Source: an uncultured virus (IMG/VR IMGVR_UViG_3300045970_000330) (lineage: Duplodnaviria; Heunggongvirae; Uroviricota; Caudoviricetes). From it: a stretch of 57,290 nucleotides of DNA. Every line of letters begins with the position of its first letter. Position 1 is the stretch's first letter. Of the stretch, positions 16,423 to 28,516 are shown in pieces. The notes under the pieces were generated by a model, which worked only from the letters and a program-made list of their open reading frames with translations, did not search any database and was not told where the DNA came from. The stretch lies in IMG/VR virus record IMGVR_UViG_3300045970_000330. The stretch is one strand, 5' to 3'. The translations under genes and the position numbers were made by a program.

Positions 16423-19274
16423 ATGCAGCCTATCCAAGATGCAACCCTAGTCAAGCTACTAGCACTGGCGGTCCAGGGCTTAACTCGGGCGGAACTGGAT
16501 AATGAGCTGCTTGCTGCCTACGGCTCCGAAATGGAAGTAGAGGTTGCACAGTCCTTCGGTGAGGTTATTTTCTCGCGCCGGGGTCGCTGGTTATTTGTGG
16601 GCAACTGCTTCCAATTTATGTATGCATCCGACAGCCCGGGTGTGCATAAGATTTTCATTCAGAGGCTATCTGTAGATGGTAATCGGCGCGCAGTTAGTCA
16701 GGTCGCCATGGTTGCTGACACAGCAGAGCTAGCCTTGGATAGAAGCATCCTATTTATTCAACAGCTGGAGTGTGCAATATGAATGCGACAAGTCACAGAT
16801 GGATGAATGAAGTGCAGGCTGGACCAACCATGTCCTATGACCGCTATGCCCTAGCAGCCATGCGGGAGAAGTGCAGCGCCGCCCTACCTACGAGAACTCT
16901 GGTTACTAATAAAGCGCTGCCCTTTGAGTTTCAGCATCTGGCTAATAGAATTTTGGAGAGCGACCTATCTGACCTTACGGAGCTTTGGCATGATATTCAG
17001 CGTCAGATCATTGACACTAATTATAGAACGCCTTACGATGCTGGATTTGGTTTCCTCCCCCTACCCCGTAGCGACTGGCTCCCCTCCGAGGGTTGCTGGG
17101 CTGAGGTTCCTGATTTCCCGGGTTGGCGTTTTACACGTAGTTCCCACTCACGAGTTCCGTTTGCTCTTGATGTGAAGGGTGATGTTATGCGGACTTACCG
17201 TGCGGACACCATGACGCACATCGGCTATACAGGCAGTCATCCGTCTGAGCGAAATTCGGAAGACCACAACATGGCATTCCGTGTTGACTTTCCTAATTCA
17301 CCCTCAGATGCAATCTGCCGCATGCTTTTAGTAATTATGCTATATCAATGGAATTGTGGGGCTGGTTTTCGTGGATGAGACTATGCACCTATTGATTACT
17401 AGCATAGAGTCCCTGCCCTTCTCTGACGTATATGCCGAATGGTGTAAAGTGGGCTATAACCGAGCGGTGCTACCTACGCAGACTATTGTGCTGGAATGGC
17501 GTAAAGGTATGCGCGAGAATCCGCAGTTGGTAAACATTGTAAGCGCTCAAGTGCGGCGCGCTGGTTTCGTGGTTAGGCAGACTAGGAACTGGGGCAGCAA
17601 AGATGACTTCCGTATTGGTGTAACACTTACAGATGATCGCCCCGTTGCAGAATTAGGTGAAATGGGAGCCATCAAGTTCAGATTGTTGGCGTTCAACTGG
17701 ATCGAAGCCTGGGTGAAGACTCAGTATCTATTACACATGCTGGGTGTTGACACCCACTACGAGGACTCAAATGAATCCGACACCCCCCACACCCAAGGTT
17801 AAACCCACTAACACCCATTCGGTGCTTACCCTCAGCTGTGAAGGTAAGCTGGCGATGCTTCAGGTGAAGGGCAAATTCATGTGTATGGTCCTCCCGGTGC
17901 CCGAGGGACACCTACCGCTGGGGATTGTGCTGGAGTCTTTCAACACGATGGGCATTTCTAAGCTCAGTATTATTGAGCGCCTTGCCATAGGTAAGGTGTT
18001 TCAGCGTTATCTGCCTCGCATGTATTATCACAATTTCAGGGTGAACATTACCCGAGTCGAGCTGGGGTTGATGGCTGCTGCACTGGGTGATCCTGAGCAA
18101 AAGCTAGTTCTTGTAGCTGAAAGCGAGGATCTGCTTGCCCTGTTGGATGAGTTTACTGTTGCTTTGTTGAATGACATTGACACCACTCCCGCCCCTATGG
18201 ACGGTGGTAACAATCTGTAGCGGTATCCCGCAGCTATCTATAACCCGGTGGAAACCCACCCCAAGTCCCGAAAGGACTATTCAATGACTGAACGCATGAC
18301 GGTAAAGCAGTTTGTTGGTAACCCCGAAGTCCAGGTAACCGCTGAGGTCCATAAGCGCCTGATGCCCTGGTTCGTGAAGCACGAAGAACTGATCAACACG
18401 TGGTTCCAGGGTGAGATTGTGGACAACAGTATCGAGCTGCCCCTGAACAGCGATGAGTTTGCGGGTGTGGGTATTGATATGCCCCTCGCGGTCTACACAC
18501 CTGTGAATTGGGAAGGCATCCCCGAGGAAGAAAAGCCTCGCCTGCGCACTCAGCTTCCTGAGGGTCAGGACGAACCCGCAGCTGACTTCTCGGTGCTGCG
18601 AGTGACGCTTAATGATGCCAGCATTGTAGAGTTCATTAAGGCTCAGGCTATTGATGAGCCTCTCACGGAGCAGTATTACCTCGCCATCATGATGCGGCAC
18701 TATGTGGGCGAGAACGCTCATCGTGTCTACCCCATGTGGAAGATGAACCAGCTGCTCAAAGCTGAGGAACAGGCACTCAATTCTGCTGGCGCTCTCGATG
18801 TGGACGTGATCGAAACCGAAGTCATCGAGCCTACTAAGTAGCATGGACTCGATTCGTGATCTACTCCTGGATCTCTGGACCCGCAATCCTCGCGCAACCG
18901 AGCGGCGGGTCCAGCAGGAGCTTGAGCAGGAGGTAAACAAGATCGTAAACAAGCTCGTAGTAGACATCACAACCACACCTGAGAACTGGCACAGCCCCTA
19001 TGCAATGCATCTATACACCGCCGACTGGCTCCTTGAGTGGAACACTACCAAGGGTATGGATCTTATGCGGGGAACTCAGTTCGCTACAGGTAAACGAGAG
19101 CAGCATCCTAGTGTGTTCAAAACCAAGGTAGCCATACCACTTACCTGGGGACAAAAGAGGAAGCTCAAGAAAGCCGCTGCTGTATGGGGCGACCTATACC
19201 TCCGCAAACGGGCACTAGAGGCATCCATATCCACCCTGGAACAGCTCGTAATCATCAATCAAGACCCTTCCTAA
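16423..19274 (+). CDS. Run of six hypothetical genes (16423-16782, 16779-17378, 17383-17802, 17771-18220, 18284-18841, 18843-19274)
   Basis: Tightly packed co-oriented ORFs with RBS or overlaps; GGTGGTAACAA at 16381 and 18203. Confidence 0.75.
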
Positions 19275-19283
19275 AGGATACAC

Positions 19284-19514
19284 ATGAAAGTCTTTGTAGG
19301 TATCGCTCTAATCTTCCTGGGGATCGCCCTGGGATTGTATGTGGGTTTGTATGTCTGTCTGTATGGCGGCATCGTATCCATCATCGCGGGTGCACAGATC
19401 GGAGCTGCTGGCGTGATTGCCTGGGGCATCATCAAGATTCTGTTCGCCAGTGTCGCCGGGGGGCTCACTACCGCACTCACTATGGCTGTCGCAGCCGCCT
19501 TTCTGGAGCGCTAG
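19284..19514 (+). CDS. Small membrane protein (2-3 transmembrane segments)
   Basis: AAGGA RBS; almost entirely hydrophobic. Confidence 0.75.
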   Translation: MKVFVGIALIFLGIALGLYVGLYVCLYGGIVSIIAGAQIGAAGVIAWGIIKILFASVAGGLTTALTMAVAAAFLER

Positions 19515-19515
19515 G

Positions 19516-21324
19516 ATGATTACCCTTCGCTGTATTGTGTGTGGCATGTCACATAGCGTGGATGCCGAAGCGCCCACCACTCCCCTGGAATTGGCATGCC
19601 TTGCCGTTAACTCGGGCATGGGTGTTGTCACCACTCCCACCATCACGGATGTCATCTGCTCTAAGTCTTGTGCGGATGTCCACAACTTCCTTCTTCCCGC
19701 TAAACACTCTCCCGCCATTGAGCGGTTGGTCTTCTAGGAGCCACCTTGAGCAACATCATTTACCGCGCCGACACCGAACTGCTTGGCGAAGTCTTGGATT
19801 ACATGACTGGCAATCCTAAGACCATGCATGCGGGGGTATTCACACTGGAGCGCTTTATTGATGCTTTGGTGGACTTCACCCCCAGTAACTTCGAGCGCGC
19901 AATGTTGACGATGAAATTCAGCGAACTTGCTGGTGAGGATGTGGATCTACCCCTCAGTGTGTGGTTGGAATCCGGGGATTTTGAAGATGAGTTGTGCACT
20001 CTTGAACTGTGCCCTGCCGATGCTCTGTATTTGATTGAACTCTCGGCAGCTCATCCCCAGGTTGTCTACGACTTCCCACAGGAGTTCATGGAATTTGCTG
20101 GGTTGGGTCTTGCCCAGCGCACGATTGCCGAGCAGCAGATCAACGACGATCCCGATGACGATGGTTACGGTGATAGGTTCGATCTCGATCCTGATTGCGA
20201 GAACTGCACGGATCGGGATTGTGATATGCATCCCCTAACCGTCAACTAGAACCTACCTGGGTGTTGCATGGAACGTGTAGTTGCACGGGGCGTGCAACAC
20301 CCAGGACTAGGCAACGGAGGTCATATGCATTGCCCCCTATGTAATGTGCAGCTTACCTCATGGGGTCCACATATGTGTCAGATGCCCATGCCCTACCGAC
20401 AGCCTGCCTACACAACCCCCGGAAGTATTGGGTGGCTATGTCCTAGGTGCGGGCGCGGGAATGCCCACACTACCCCAACGTGCCCCTGTATGTCCTCCCC
20501 CATCACGATTACTTGCCAGAGTTGACATGAGCGACGATTTCTCGAATGTAGCACCAGTCCCCCAGTCATCCTATCGCTGCTCTGTATGTGGGGCACTCAC
20601 GCATTATGTAGAGCGATGGGACTCGTATGCCTGCAAGAAGTGCAACAGGTGGCAGGAAGATACTTGCTTGGATTCCACGTGCGGGTATTGCGGTGGGCGC
20701 CCCGATCTGCCGGTGGTGTCCAGAAGTGGACAGTAGTGACTACCTTCAAATGCAAGCTGTGTTCTAGGAACTGGAGCATGGGCGCCACTCGGGATTACCG
20801 GGATGACTGCGCATGCAGTTTCTGCCTACAGTTAGAAGTCCATCAACAGAAGCAGCTGCTGAAGAATATGCATGCTGAATTGGAGTGCAGCACCTTACCC
20901 GGGGGCGAACCCGCAAAGATCATCGAAACAGTAATCAGCATGCTGCTTCGGTATCTCAAGCCCGCCCTGGAAGACGGTTATATCCCGCCCCATACCCGAT
21001 GCCCTCACGCGCAGGAGTGCACCCTAGCTGCTGTAGCTGGAGCTTGTGCCCACAAGGGACTGAAGCACGACTCTCTGTATTACTGCGCAGCAGCCCGCGC
21101 CTACGCCATCATCCACAAGGAGTTTTGATATGACCTTAGAGGAATACCTACAGCGCTCACATGATAAGGGAATCATTGATCATGCTGTGCGCGCCACCCA
21201 CCAGCACCACCCCAACGGCAACATGGTCTTCTACATCCACCCCATGAATACGGACGGCGACACCCCCAGCTACCGTGTGAGTGGCAATAAGCTCACCACC
21301 GTCATCTACCGAGAGGAAAACTAA
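19516..21324 (+). CDS. Cluster of small hypothetical genes, most Cys-rich zinc-finger-like (19516-19737, 19746-20249, ~20323-20525, 20527-20736, ~20736-21128, 21130-21324)
   Basis: Repeated CxxC pairs and contiguous packing. Confidence 0.65.
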
Positions 21325-21880
21325 TGGGACTTGTCGCAGCACTCAAGTCATGGAAAACATATTGGGACGGAGAGATCAGCGTTCCAGCCGCCAAGCCCAA
21401 ACCCAGGCGTGTAGAGATCGACCTGATATACGTCAAGGACATCCGTTACCTCTACGACATCTACATGGAAACCCCCGCTAAGTCAGATCGCGGCGCCCAT
21501 TACATCTTGTGGATGGAAATCGCCCGGGTCTGTGCTGAGGTCCGCAATGAACCCGAGACTACTTGGGAGCTAGCCTTCCCCGCCTACAACCGTGTCACCG
21601 TAGTGGAGGTTCTGTGAGCATGGCTAGCATTAAGGAGTTCATCCAGAAGTATAAGCCCGTTGCTCCTAGACAGCCCCGGGTGTTCTCACTCAGCGAGGAC
21701 GCTCAACAGCAGATCCGCAGGTTGGATGACACCTACCACCGCACGCCAAAACGCTACGATGCTGAAGCCCACTTCCTGCTGTGGAGCGCCATAGCCGAGC
21801 TGGTCCCTGAGGTCCGCAAGGGCACGTGGAAGATCGACCACCCGGATGCCCTCACCACCACCATCACGGAAGAACTGTAG
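21324..21880 (+). CDS. Two tandem paralogous small genes (21324-21617, 21620-21880)
   Basis: IR.L.D.Y..TP....AH..LW..IA....EVR...W is shared by both. Confidence 0.8.
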
Positions 21881-21885
21881 GCGGT

Positions 21886-22134
21886 ATGAGCGAGCGTAAG
21901 ATGACATGCACCATCAGGGCTATGCACTACCAGGGCGCCGCTAAGCACATGCTATTAGACATGGCTTTTCGACAGCCCGGGATGACGGAGGCTAGAGCTG
22001 AAATAACCATGCCCCTTGAGCGTGCCCTAAAGCTAGCCCCCTGGATGACATTCAACGGCATCATCGAATACCGTAGCCACTATGACGGCGGTAATCAGTG
22101 GATCGTAGACTGGGATAACCCCTTACCGCAGTAA
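21886..22134 (+). CDS. Hypothetical protein, last gene of the block
   Basis: AGGCGG RBS; followed by a hairpin. Confidence 0.7.
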   Translation: MSERKMTCTIRAMHYQGAAKHMLLDMAFRQPGMTEARAEITMPLERALKLAPWMTFNGIIEYRSHYDGGNQWIVDWDNPLPQ

Positions 22135-22145
22135 ACCAGCCTAAG

Positions 22146-22184
22146 CAGCAAGCAGCCCTCGCTAACCCCGGGGGCTTTGCTGTA
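22146..22184 (+). terminator. Probable terminator hairpin
   Basis: CAGCAA..AGCCCTCG / GGGGGCT.TTGCTG; weak U tract. Confidence 0.5.
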
Positions 22185-22832
22185 TCCAGAATTATGCCGC
22201 CCCGCATGAGTGCTGCATTTGAATAACATTTACCCCTTAGAGAGTACCACCCAGGACACCCAACTACACAACCTTGTGTAACTAGCCTGTTCGATAATAC
22301 ACCCACGTTCACCAATGGGCGAACATGACATAGCAGCCCGCTAGAGGCACGGTAAGGCTGGATGCTAGGTAAGCCTACCCGGGTAATACCCACCCCGTGT
22401 AGGGGTCTTGTAGCCCCGTAAAGGGCACGTATGGATACGACTACCCAAATGGATACGCCTATCCCCACAACTACACAACACTGTGTATGTGCAGGTCGTT
22501 ATACGGGTGCCCAGGTGTTCGGATGTGGACACCACGTTTATAGGGGACTTACGGGGAATAGCTACCCGGTGTGGGACATGTCACAAAGTGTAGGTGTGTG
22601 GGTGGGTGGTGTGGTGGGAGGTTGGAGTCAAGGTCGGAGTCAAGGTGGACCGCCCCGTCCTAAGTAATATACGCAAAGGGTTTGCGGCAATTCTATACCC
22701 AGCCTCGTTTCTTTCCTTTTGAAACGGAACACGAGTTATCAATCCTTCATTCCTTCATTTTTTTATTTCCCTGAGTCTAGGTGTTCACCATCCATTCCCT
22801 ATCCACCTTCACTCTACTATCACGAGGTAACG

Positions 22833-22937
22833 ATGTCCGCCGCCGTCCTGTCCGCCCTTGTCCCTGTCCGATGGTCCCTAGTCCTTTGGTCTGGTTCGGT
22901 CCTGTCCGCCGCCGTCCTTGTCCTTGTGTCCTTTTGA
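22833..22937 (+). CDS. 34-aa hydrophobic peptide
   Basis: GAGGT RBS before the ATG. Confidence 0.45.
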   Translation: MSAAVLSALVPVRWSLVLWSGSVLSAAVLVLVSF

Positions 22938-22944
22938 GGTCCGC

Positions 22945-23361
22945 ATGATCCGCCGCGCCGTCCTTGTCCTTCTGTCCCTGTCCGCCCTTGTAGCGGTCCT
23001 TGTCCTTGTGTCCGCCCTGGTCTCCGAGTGCAGAGTCTTTAACACTCATAAGGACGCCGCCCTTGTTTCCATGTCCGCCCTTCTGGTGGACGCCGCCGCG
23101 CGCCCTTCTGTGATGTCCGCCGCGCGCCGTGTCGTCAAGGGCGCGGGCGCCGTGTCCGCCCGTGTCCCCGTTAAGGGCGCCTCGTACGATCTAGCGGCGG
23201 GCGCCCTTCTGACCTATCAGGACGGCGGCGCGGTCCTTGTGTCATCTGTATGGATGGCAGACAAGGACGGCGCGCCCGGTAGCGTGGTCTATATCGGCGC
23301 CGTGTCCGTTCCTGTCCCTGTCCTTGTGCCCGTTTCCGCCCTTAAAAATTTCAATGAGTGA
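22945..23361 (+). CDS. Hypothetical membrane-anchored or secreted protein
   Basis: GAGGT RBS; MIRR followed by a long hydrophobic segment. Confidence 0.55.
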   Translation: MIRRAVLVLLSLSALVAVLVLVSALVSECRVFNTHKDAALVSMSALLVDAAARPSVMSAARRVVKGAGAVSARVPVKGASYDLAAGALLTYQDGGAVLVSSVWMADKDGAPGSVVYIGAVSVPVPVLVPVSALKNFNE

Positions 23362-23449
23362 TCACCAGGTCATGATGCAATTTGCATCATACCTTCACCG
23401 GGCGCCCGTGCGCGCCCTTTTCGGACCTCGTGTCCGCCGGAGTTATATC

Positions 23450-24448
23450 ATGTCCCTGTCCGCCCTTACCCTGTCCCTCACGGCGCCCGCCGCCGCCCTT
23501 CCCTCGGATGCATCCGACACGGCGCGCCCTTCTGCCCTGTCCATTGAATCCGCCGCCGTCCTGTCCGATACCATGCGCGCCGCCCTTTGCGCGCCGTTCA
23601 AAGATATTTCAAAGGACCGCGCCGCTAATATCGCCATCCAGGGCGCCGCCCTTCATCCCGCCGCCGCCGCCGCCGCCGCCCGTGGTATCGGATGGTACGA
23701 GGCAATGCCCGCCGCGCCCGTGCTCATGATCGGCGCCGATGTGTCCGCCGCCCTGTCCGCCGCTATCGGCGCCCTGTCAATGAGTGTTCAGGGCGCCGCC
23801 GCCGCCGCCTATACCATCCGCCGCTCATGTGCCCTTGTAATCCGCGCCCTTGTGTCCCTAGACGCCGCCCGTTTCCATCCGTTACTCGAAACGGGCGCCC
23901 TGTCCGCCCGGGATGCAGTATCCGCCGCCGCCGTCCTTGGGATCATGCCCGCTGTTGAATTTGGCGCCCTGTTAGATCGCTGGATGACCAAGGACCGCGC
24001 CGCCGCCCGCGCCCTTGCCCTGGACGCCGCCGCTCGAAAATCCGCCCTTGCGTCCTTGCGCAAAAATTGGGAACGGGCGCGCAAAGATGAAGGGTACAGC
24101 GCGCCCGATAAGGACAAGGACGCCGCCGCCGATGACAAGGACGCCGCCGCCGATGTCCAGACCGCGCCCGCGCCCTTACCATCCGCCGCCCTGTCCGCCG
24201 CCGTCCTGTCCGCCCTGGTAATGAATCCCGCCGCCCTGTCCGCCGCCCTTGGAACACTGGACGCCGCCGCCCTTGTCATCCTGTCCGCCGCCGTGTCCGC
24301 CGCCCTGGTGGATGCATCCGCCGCCGCGCCCGCGCCCGATGTCCAGACCGCGCCCGCCCTTGAAACGGCGCCCGTGTCCCTGGACGCCGCGCCCGCTACC
24401 GCCGCCGCGCCCGCCCGCCGCCGCCGTCAGACCGCGCCCGTAGAATAG
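23450..24448 (+). CDS. Ala-rich 332-aa hypothetical protein
   Basis: GGAG RBS; non-repetitive islands such as RGIGWYE, FHPLLETG and LRKNWERARKDEGY suggest a real protein. Confidence 0.7.
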   Translation: MSLSALTLSLTAPAAALPSDASDTARPSALSIESAAVLSDTMRAALCAPFKDISKDRAANIAIQGAALHPAAAAAAARGIGWYEAMPAAPVLMIGADVSAALSAAIGALSMSVQGAAAAAYTIRRSCALVIRALVSLDAARFHPLLETGALSARDAVSAAAVLGIMPAVEFGALLDRWMTKDRAAARALALDAAARKSALASLRKNWERARKDEGYSAPDKDKDAAADDKDAAADVQTAPAPLPSAALSAAVLSALVMNPAALSAALGTLDAAALVILSAAVSAALVDASAAAPAPDVQTAPALETAPVSLDAAPATAAAPARRRRQTAPVE

Positions 24449-25983
24449 GCGCCGCCCTTGTCCCTGTCCTGTCCGCCCGCCGCCCGTGTATCGCGTCAAT
24501 TCGAGCGATACACGGGCGGCGCCCTGTCCGCCCTTGCGTTAAACGGCGCCGCCTATACATCGGGCGCCGTTTACCAGAAGGACGGCGGCGCCGTGTCATG
24601 CGCGCCCGCCCTTGTGTCCCTGTCCTGTCCTTGTGAATCACTCATAAGGGCGGCGCGCCCGTGTCCCTGTCCTTGTATCGTCCACCAGGGCGCGCCCTTG
24701 TCCGTTCCTATGATGTCCACCAGGGCGCCGCGCCCTTGTGACCGCTACCAGGGCGCCGCCCTTGGTCCTGTCACGCCGCCGCCCTTCTGTCCCTATACCG
24801 CGCCCTTGTCCGCCGTCCTTGTGACCGCTACCAGGGCGCGCCGCCGTGTCCCTGGTAGCGTCCAGGGCGCCGCCGTGTCCCTGTCCTTGTCCTTGTCTCA
24901 TATCGTCCAGGGCGCGCCGTGTCGCGCCGCCCTGGTGATCATATCGCGGCGCCCTGGTAGCATCGGGCGCCCTGGTGAACTAGGTATTTCTTACCTAGTT
25001 CGTTTTTATAGCGTGACACCTGTCACGCCGCGCCGTGTCGTGTCCGATACCGCCGCCGTTCGGTCCTTGATTACTCTATGGATTCGAGCATAGATTTTTG
25101 ACATCAGATATTTTTATCCGAATTTAGTTTTTTTCGGGTCGCGTTAGCTCTGTTCATGGGACCATATTCCAATCCTGGAATGATCCTGGGATTTTTGATT
25201 CCCAGGTAGGCGTGACACCTGTCACGCTGTCCCCTGATTCACGCGATACCGCGCCATTCGGATAAAATAATATCTACCATCATCTTGAGGGCTGGGATGC
25301 TCTAGGATGTGGTCTATTGCAAGGGCGTTTTTGTAGTGCTGGAATGTCGTGAGACATACCTAGAATTACACTAGCGGGCTCGACCTATGTTTACGGCGTG
25401 TGTCGTAATACATGGGCGCCGTAGGTTTGCTGATTTCTAGCAGCCTATGCCATACCCTTGTAACGCTTAGAATAGGGCGTGACACCTGTCACGCTTGATT
25501 TCTAGTGATTAGATGGACCCTCCCATGCGCCGAGGAATCGGATAAAGGACAGGGATGATGACATAGAAATAAGGGAAAGCAGAGGCTCTAGCGGGCGTCA
25601 ATTACAGGTATTCGGAGGATACTTGGGTCACGCTCGTGAGTTAAACCAGAGGTTGGCAGCCTCTACCTTTGCAATCGCCTCCCATATGCTAGGTGTAAGG
25701 ACCACCGATAAACCTAGCGGGCGTGGGCTGCACTCTGTTTTAGGACAGCTGGTAGCCTGGGGACTATCATGGGCGCCCCTAGTCTTGGATCTATTTCCAG
25801 GGCTGGGGCGCCGCCCCTAATCCCCGATGTATCAATAACTTTTTAGGTCACGAGAGCCGTATCCATTTGGTTTGGAGTGCGGCTTTGCTTTTATTTAGGG
25901 TGAAGCTAATTCAAATCGTGGATGTTCCCACGCTTATTAGTCTTGCGATAAGTCGCGGTAGTCGCGGCTTATGGGAGGGCTTT

Positions 25984-28416
25984 ATGCTTCAGGACATTCC
26001 TGATTACAACGGCAACACGATAGCCCATCATAGTGATTGGGCTACGCTTAAACTGAAGCGGGTAGCCGTCGCTGAAAATATCCATTGGAGGTTCTGCGCC
26101 GCCGCTGAAGCCCGCTTGGTAGAACTGGAGAAGGCATCCAGCTACTCCATGCCGTTCAAAACTATTACCGTCGAAGACATCGACACTCTGCTACCCTAAC
26201 CTTGTGACTTGTCACAGCGTGACACCTGTCACACCTTTCCCTGGAGTTACTATGAAAACCCTTCTTCTGCTGCTTGCCATCCTGATTGGGGTTGGCTGCA
26301 CTTCCCCCTCACCTGATCCTGCCAGGGCTGCTGCTTCCAAGCGCCAGGACCGCATCACAGAGGCGGATCGGCTTACCCTGCTCAATCGGCAACTCACCGC
26401 ACAGAATGAACGGCTGCGCCAAGAAGCAGCGCGCCGCGCCAAGTAATATCACCACCCATCACCCATAGGAGGCTCTTATGCCCAAGCACTACTATCACGA
26501 AGTGTCCGCTTTTGACACCCACCCCGGCACCATGCTGGTTTGCGCCGCCGCCTGTAAGACTCCTACCAAGAAGCGCGCCGCTGAACTGGTGAAAGAATAC
26601 AAGCAGATCGTGGGTGTCAATCACATTGAGGTAGAATCTGTCTTCGTAGAGGATGGCAAGCTGCTCACGGATAAGACGGTCTACCACGATCTGAACCCCA
26701 CCACGGGCACGTGGTCTGCGCTGGAAATGTAGCATGATTGCACATATTAGCTATCGGGAAGCCCTGCGGATTATGGCGTCTAACGGGGGGTTGTTACCTT
26801 GTATGTTCCGCGAAGCCGACGTCTACCATCGAGTCCACGGGCGTATCAAGATGGGCTATAACCTGGGCACCCGTAAGTGGAATCTGCTGTATTTCTCCCA
26901 AGATGCCCGCACCGTGATGGGTATGCTCAAGATCAATCACACTGAACTCGTAGCCCGTGAGGACCGGGCGCTGGGTATTTCCCACTAATATGATGGTTCT
27001 ACGAGAGCGCCCCTTGTCATGGGGCGTTCTAGTATGCCCATCAAAGGGTGTGCGCCCCCACTCTGTCTGTATATCAGCCAGGGGCGACAGCGCCAGAGGA
27101 TCAGCGCTGACTAAATGAAACCTCCCGGGGAGCGAGACTATCCCTACCAGCGCGAGCATAGCGCTCTACCACTGTGCTGTCTTGGGCTCCATCTATCATG
27201 TGCCCGCCCCGCCCGTTTTACGGGTGGGGTTCCTCAAACCGATTATCGTGATCGGTTTGGTGAACCCCTACAACACCGTGACACTTGTCACATATCTGGA
27301 GGCTCTGTATGTCGTATGGTAATGTTCTCCATCCTCAAGCGGTGTGGATTGCCCGGGGCTACGCCCTTGTGCGGTTCATCCCCAAGCTGGCGATCATGGC
27401 GGTAGGCGCCGCGATCATTAGTGCCGGTATCACCTATGGTAGCGTGGGAGCCACGATCATCGGTGCCACGTATTGCGCAGCTACGCTGCTGCTGCTGTTG
27501 CTCAAATGATGAACCGGGCGTTCCACATGACCGCTTGCATCATCTGCATGTTCATTGGACTTATGTCCCAACGCAAGTAACCCACCATGTCTTGTCATGG
27601 TTTCTAGGAGGCTTTATGCCTACCCCCGATGACAGCCAGTTTCTCCTGAGTGGAGAGCCCCCGCTGCCCGATAGCGTGACCTTCAAGCGCTATCTGGACG
27701 GCTACTACGCGACCGATGCGTGCAACGCTGGAGCTATCCTTCGTTCCCTGGCGCGGCACATGGATGCCGACCCCACGCTGCGCTTTGAGCGGCTTGCCCA
27801 AGACCCCGCAGCCCGCCTGATGATCTATCAGGTGGTCCTGCTCATGTTCGGAGAGCAGATGGATATGAACTCCACCTTCTCCATGGACTATCAGAAGTGC
27901 CGAGCGGTCTATGACTATCACCAGCTCGCTAAGGAGGCTCTCAATGATTGAGCGCTTGTTCGTTGTGTCCCCCTGCGGTATTGAGTCCTCGATGCCCGCC
28001 CATCTGCCCGATGCCATGCAGCGCGCTATGAATATGTGCGATAGCCTTATCATGGGGGATCGCCCTTGGGCTGAAGTTCTCCGGGGTTTCATGCCCAACG
28101 CTGATACCCACACCACCACCGTCTATGCGATCACTAAGGATGATCGCCGTCTGGATGCCTGATGAATAGAATCCTTGCCAAGCTTTACGAGACTCGTATC
28201 CGTCGAGGGCGTGAGATCGAGATCACCAACTTCCTGGGTGAAGGGCGCGATCTCCCCGCCCGTGATCCTGAGTTCAAACGAGAAATCACCAGCGCCCTTA
28301 TGCGCTTGGGCGTTAAGCTTCCCAAGCCCGAATTGAGGGAATTACTCTGCGGGGAGAAGCACATCTATAGCTCTACCCGCTGGGTTGCAATTCGTTACTA
28401 CCATATCAAGTTCTAG
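25984..28416 (+). CDS. Early-type small genes (25984-26199, 26252-26446 possible lipoprotein, 26478-26732, 26734-26988, 27309-27509 membrane, 27616-27951, 27944-28162, 28162-28416)
   Basis: Strong GGAGG(CT) RBS on most; MKTLLLLLAILIGVGC signal in 26252. Confidence 0.75.
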
Positions 28417-28445
28417 CTTCCCCCTGCCCGCGCCGTGTTTGTGAC

Positions 28446-28474
28446 TTGACACAGCGTGGGCTTCTTTGTATCCT
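28446..28474 (+). promoter_or_regulatory. Sigma70-type promoter
   Basis: TTGACA-N17-TATCCT with operators at 28440 and 28483. Confidence 0.75.
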
Positions 28475-28516
28475 TTATTCACCGTGACACCTGTCACGCC
28501 AACCACGGAGGCTTTC

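Larger units (their letters stand above)
22833..25060. repeat. 2.2-kb motif-saturated tract built from GCCGCC, GGCGC/GCGCCC, TGTCC, CCTTG/CCCTG and AAGGAC
   Basis: Directly visible, aperiodic, C-rich on the + strand, with sharp borders. Confidence 0.95.

Noticed and set aside
22833..25060. CRISPR array or simple tandem repeat
   Set aside because: No constant repeat-spacer period; the motifs are aperiodic. No CRISPR array was seen anywhere in the window.
24458..25093. 211-aa ORF and the Pro/Arg/Gly-rich alternative frames in the tract
   Set aside because: No RBS; the frames stay open only because the vocabulary lacks stop codons.
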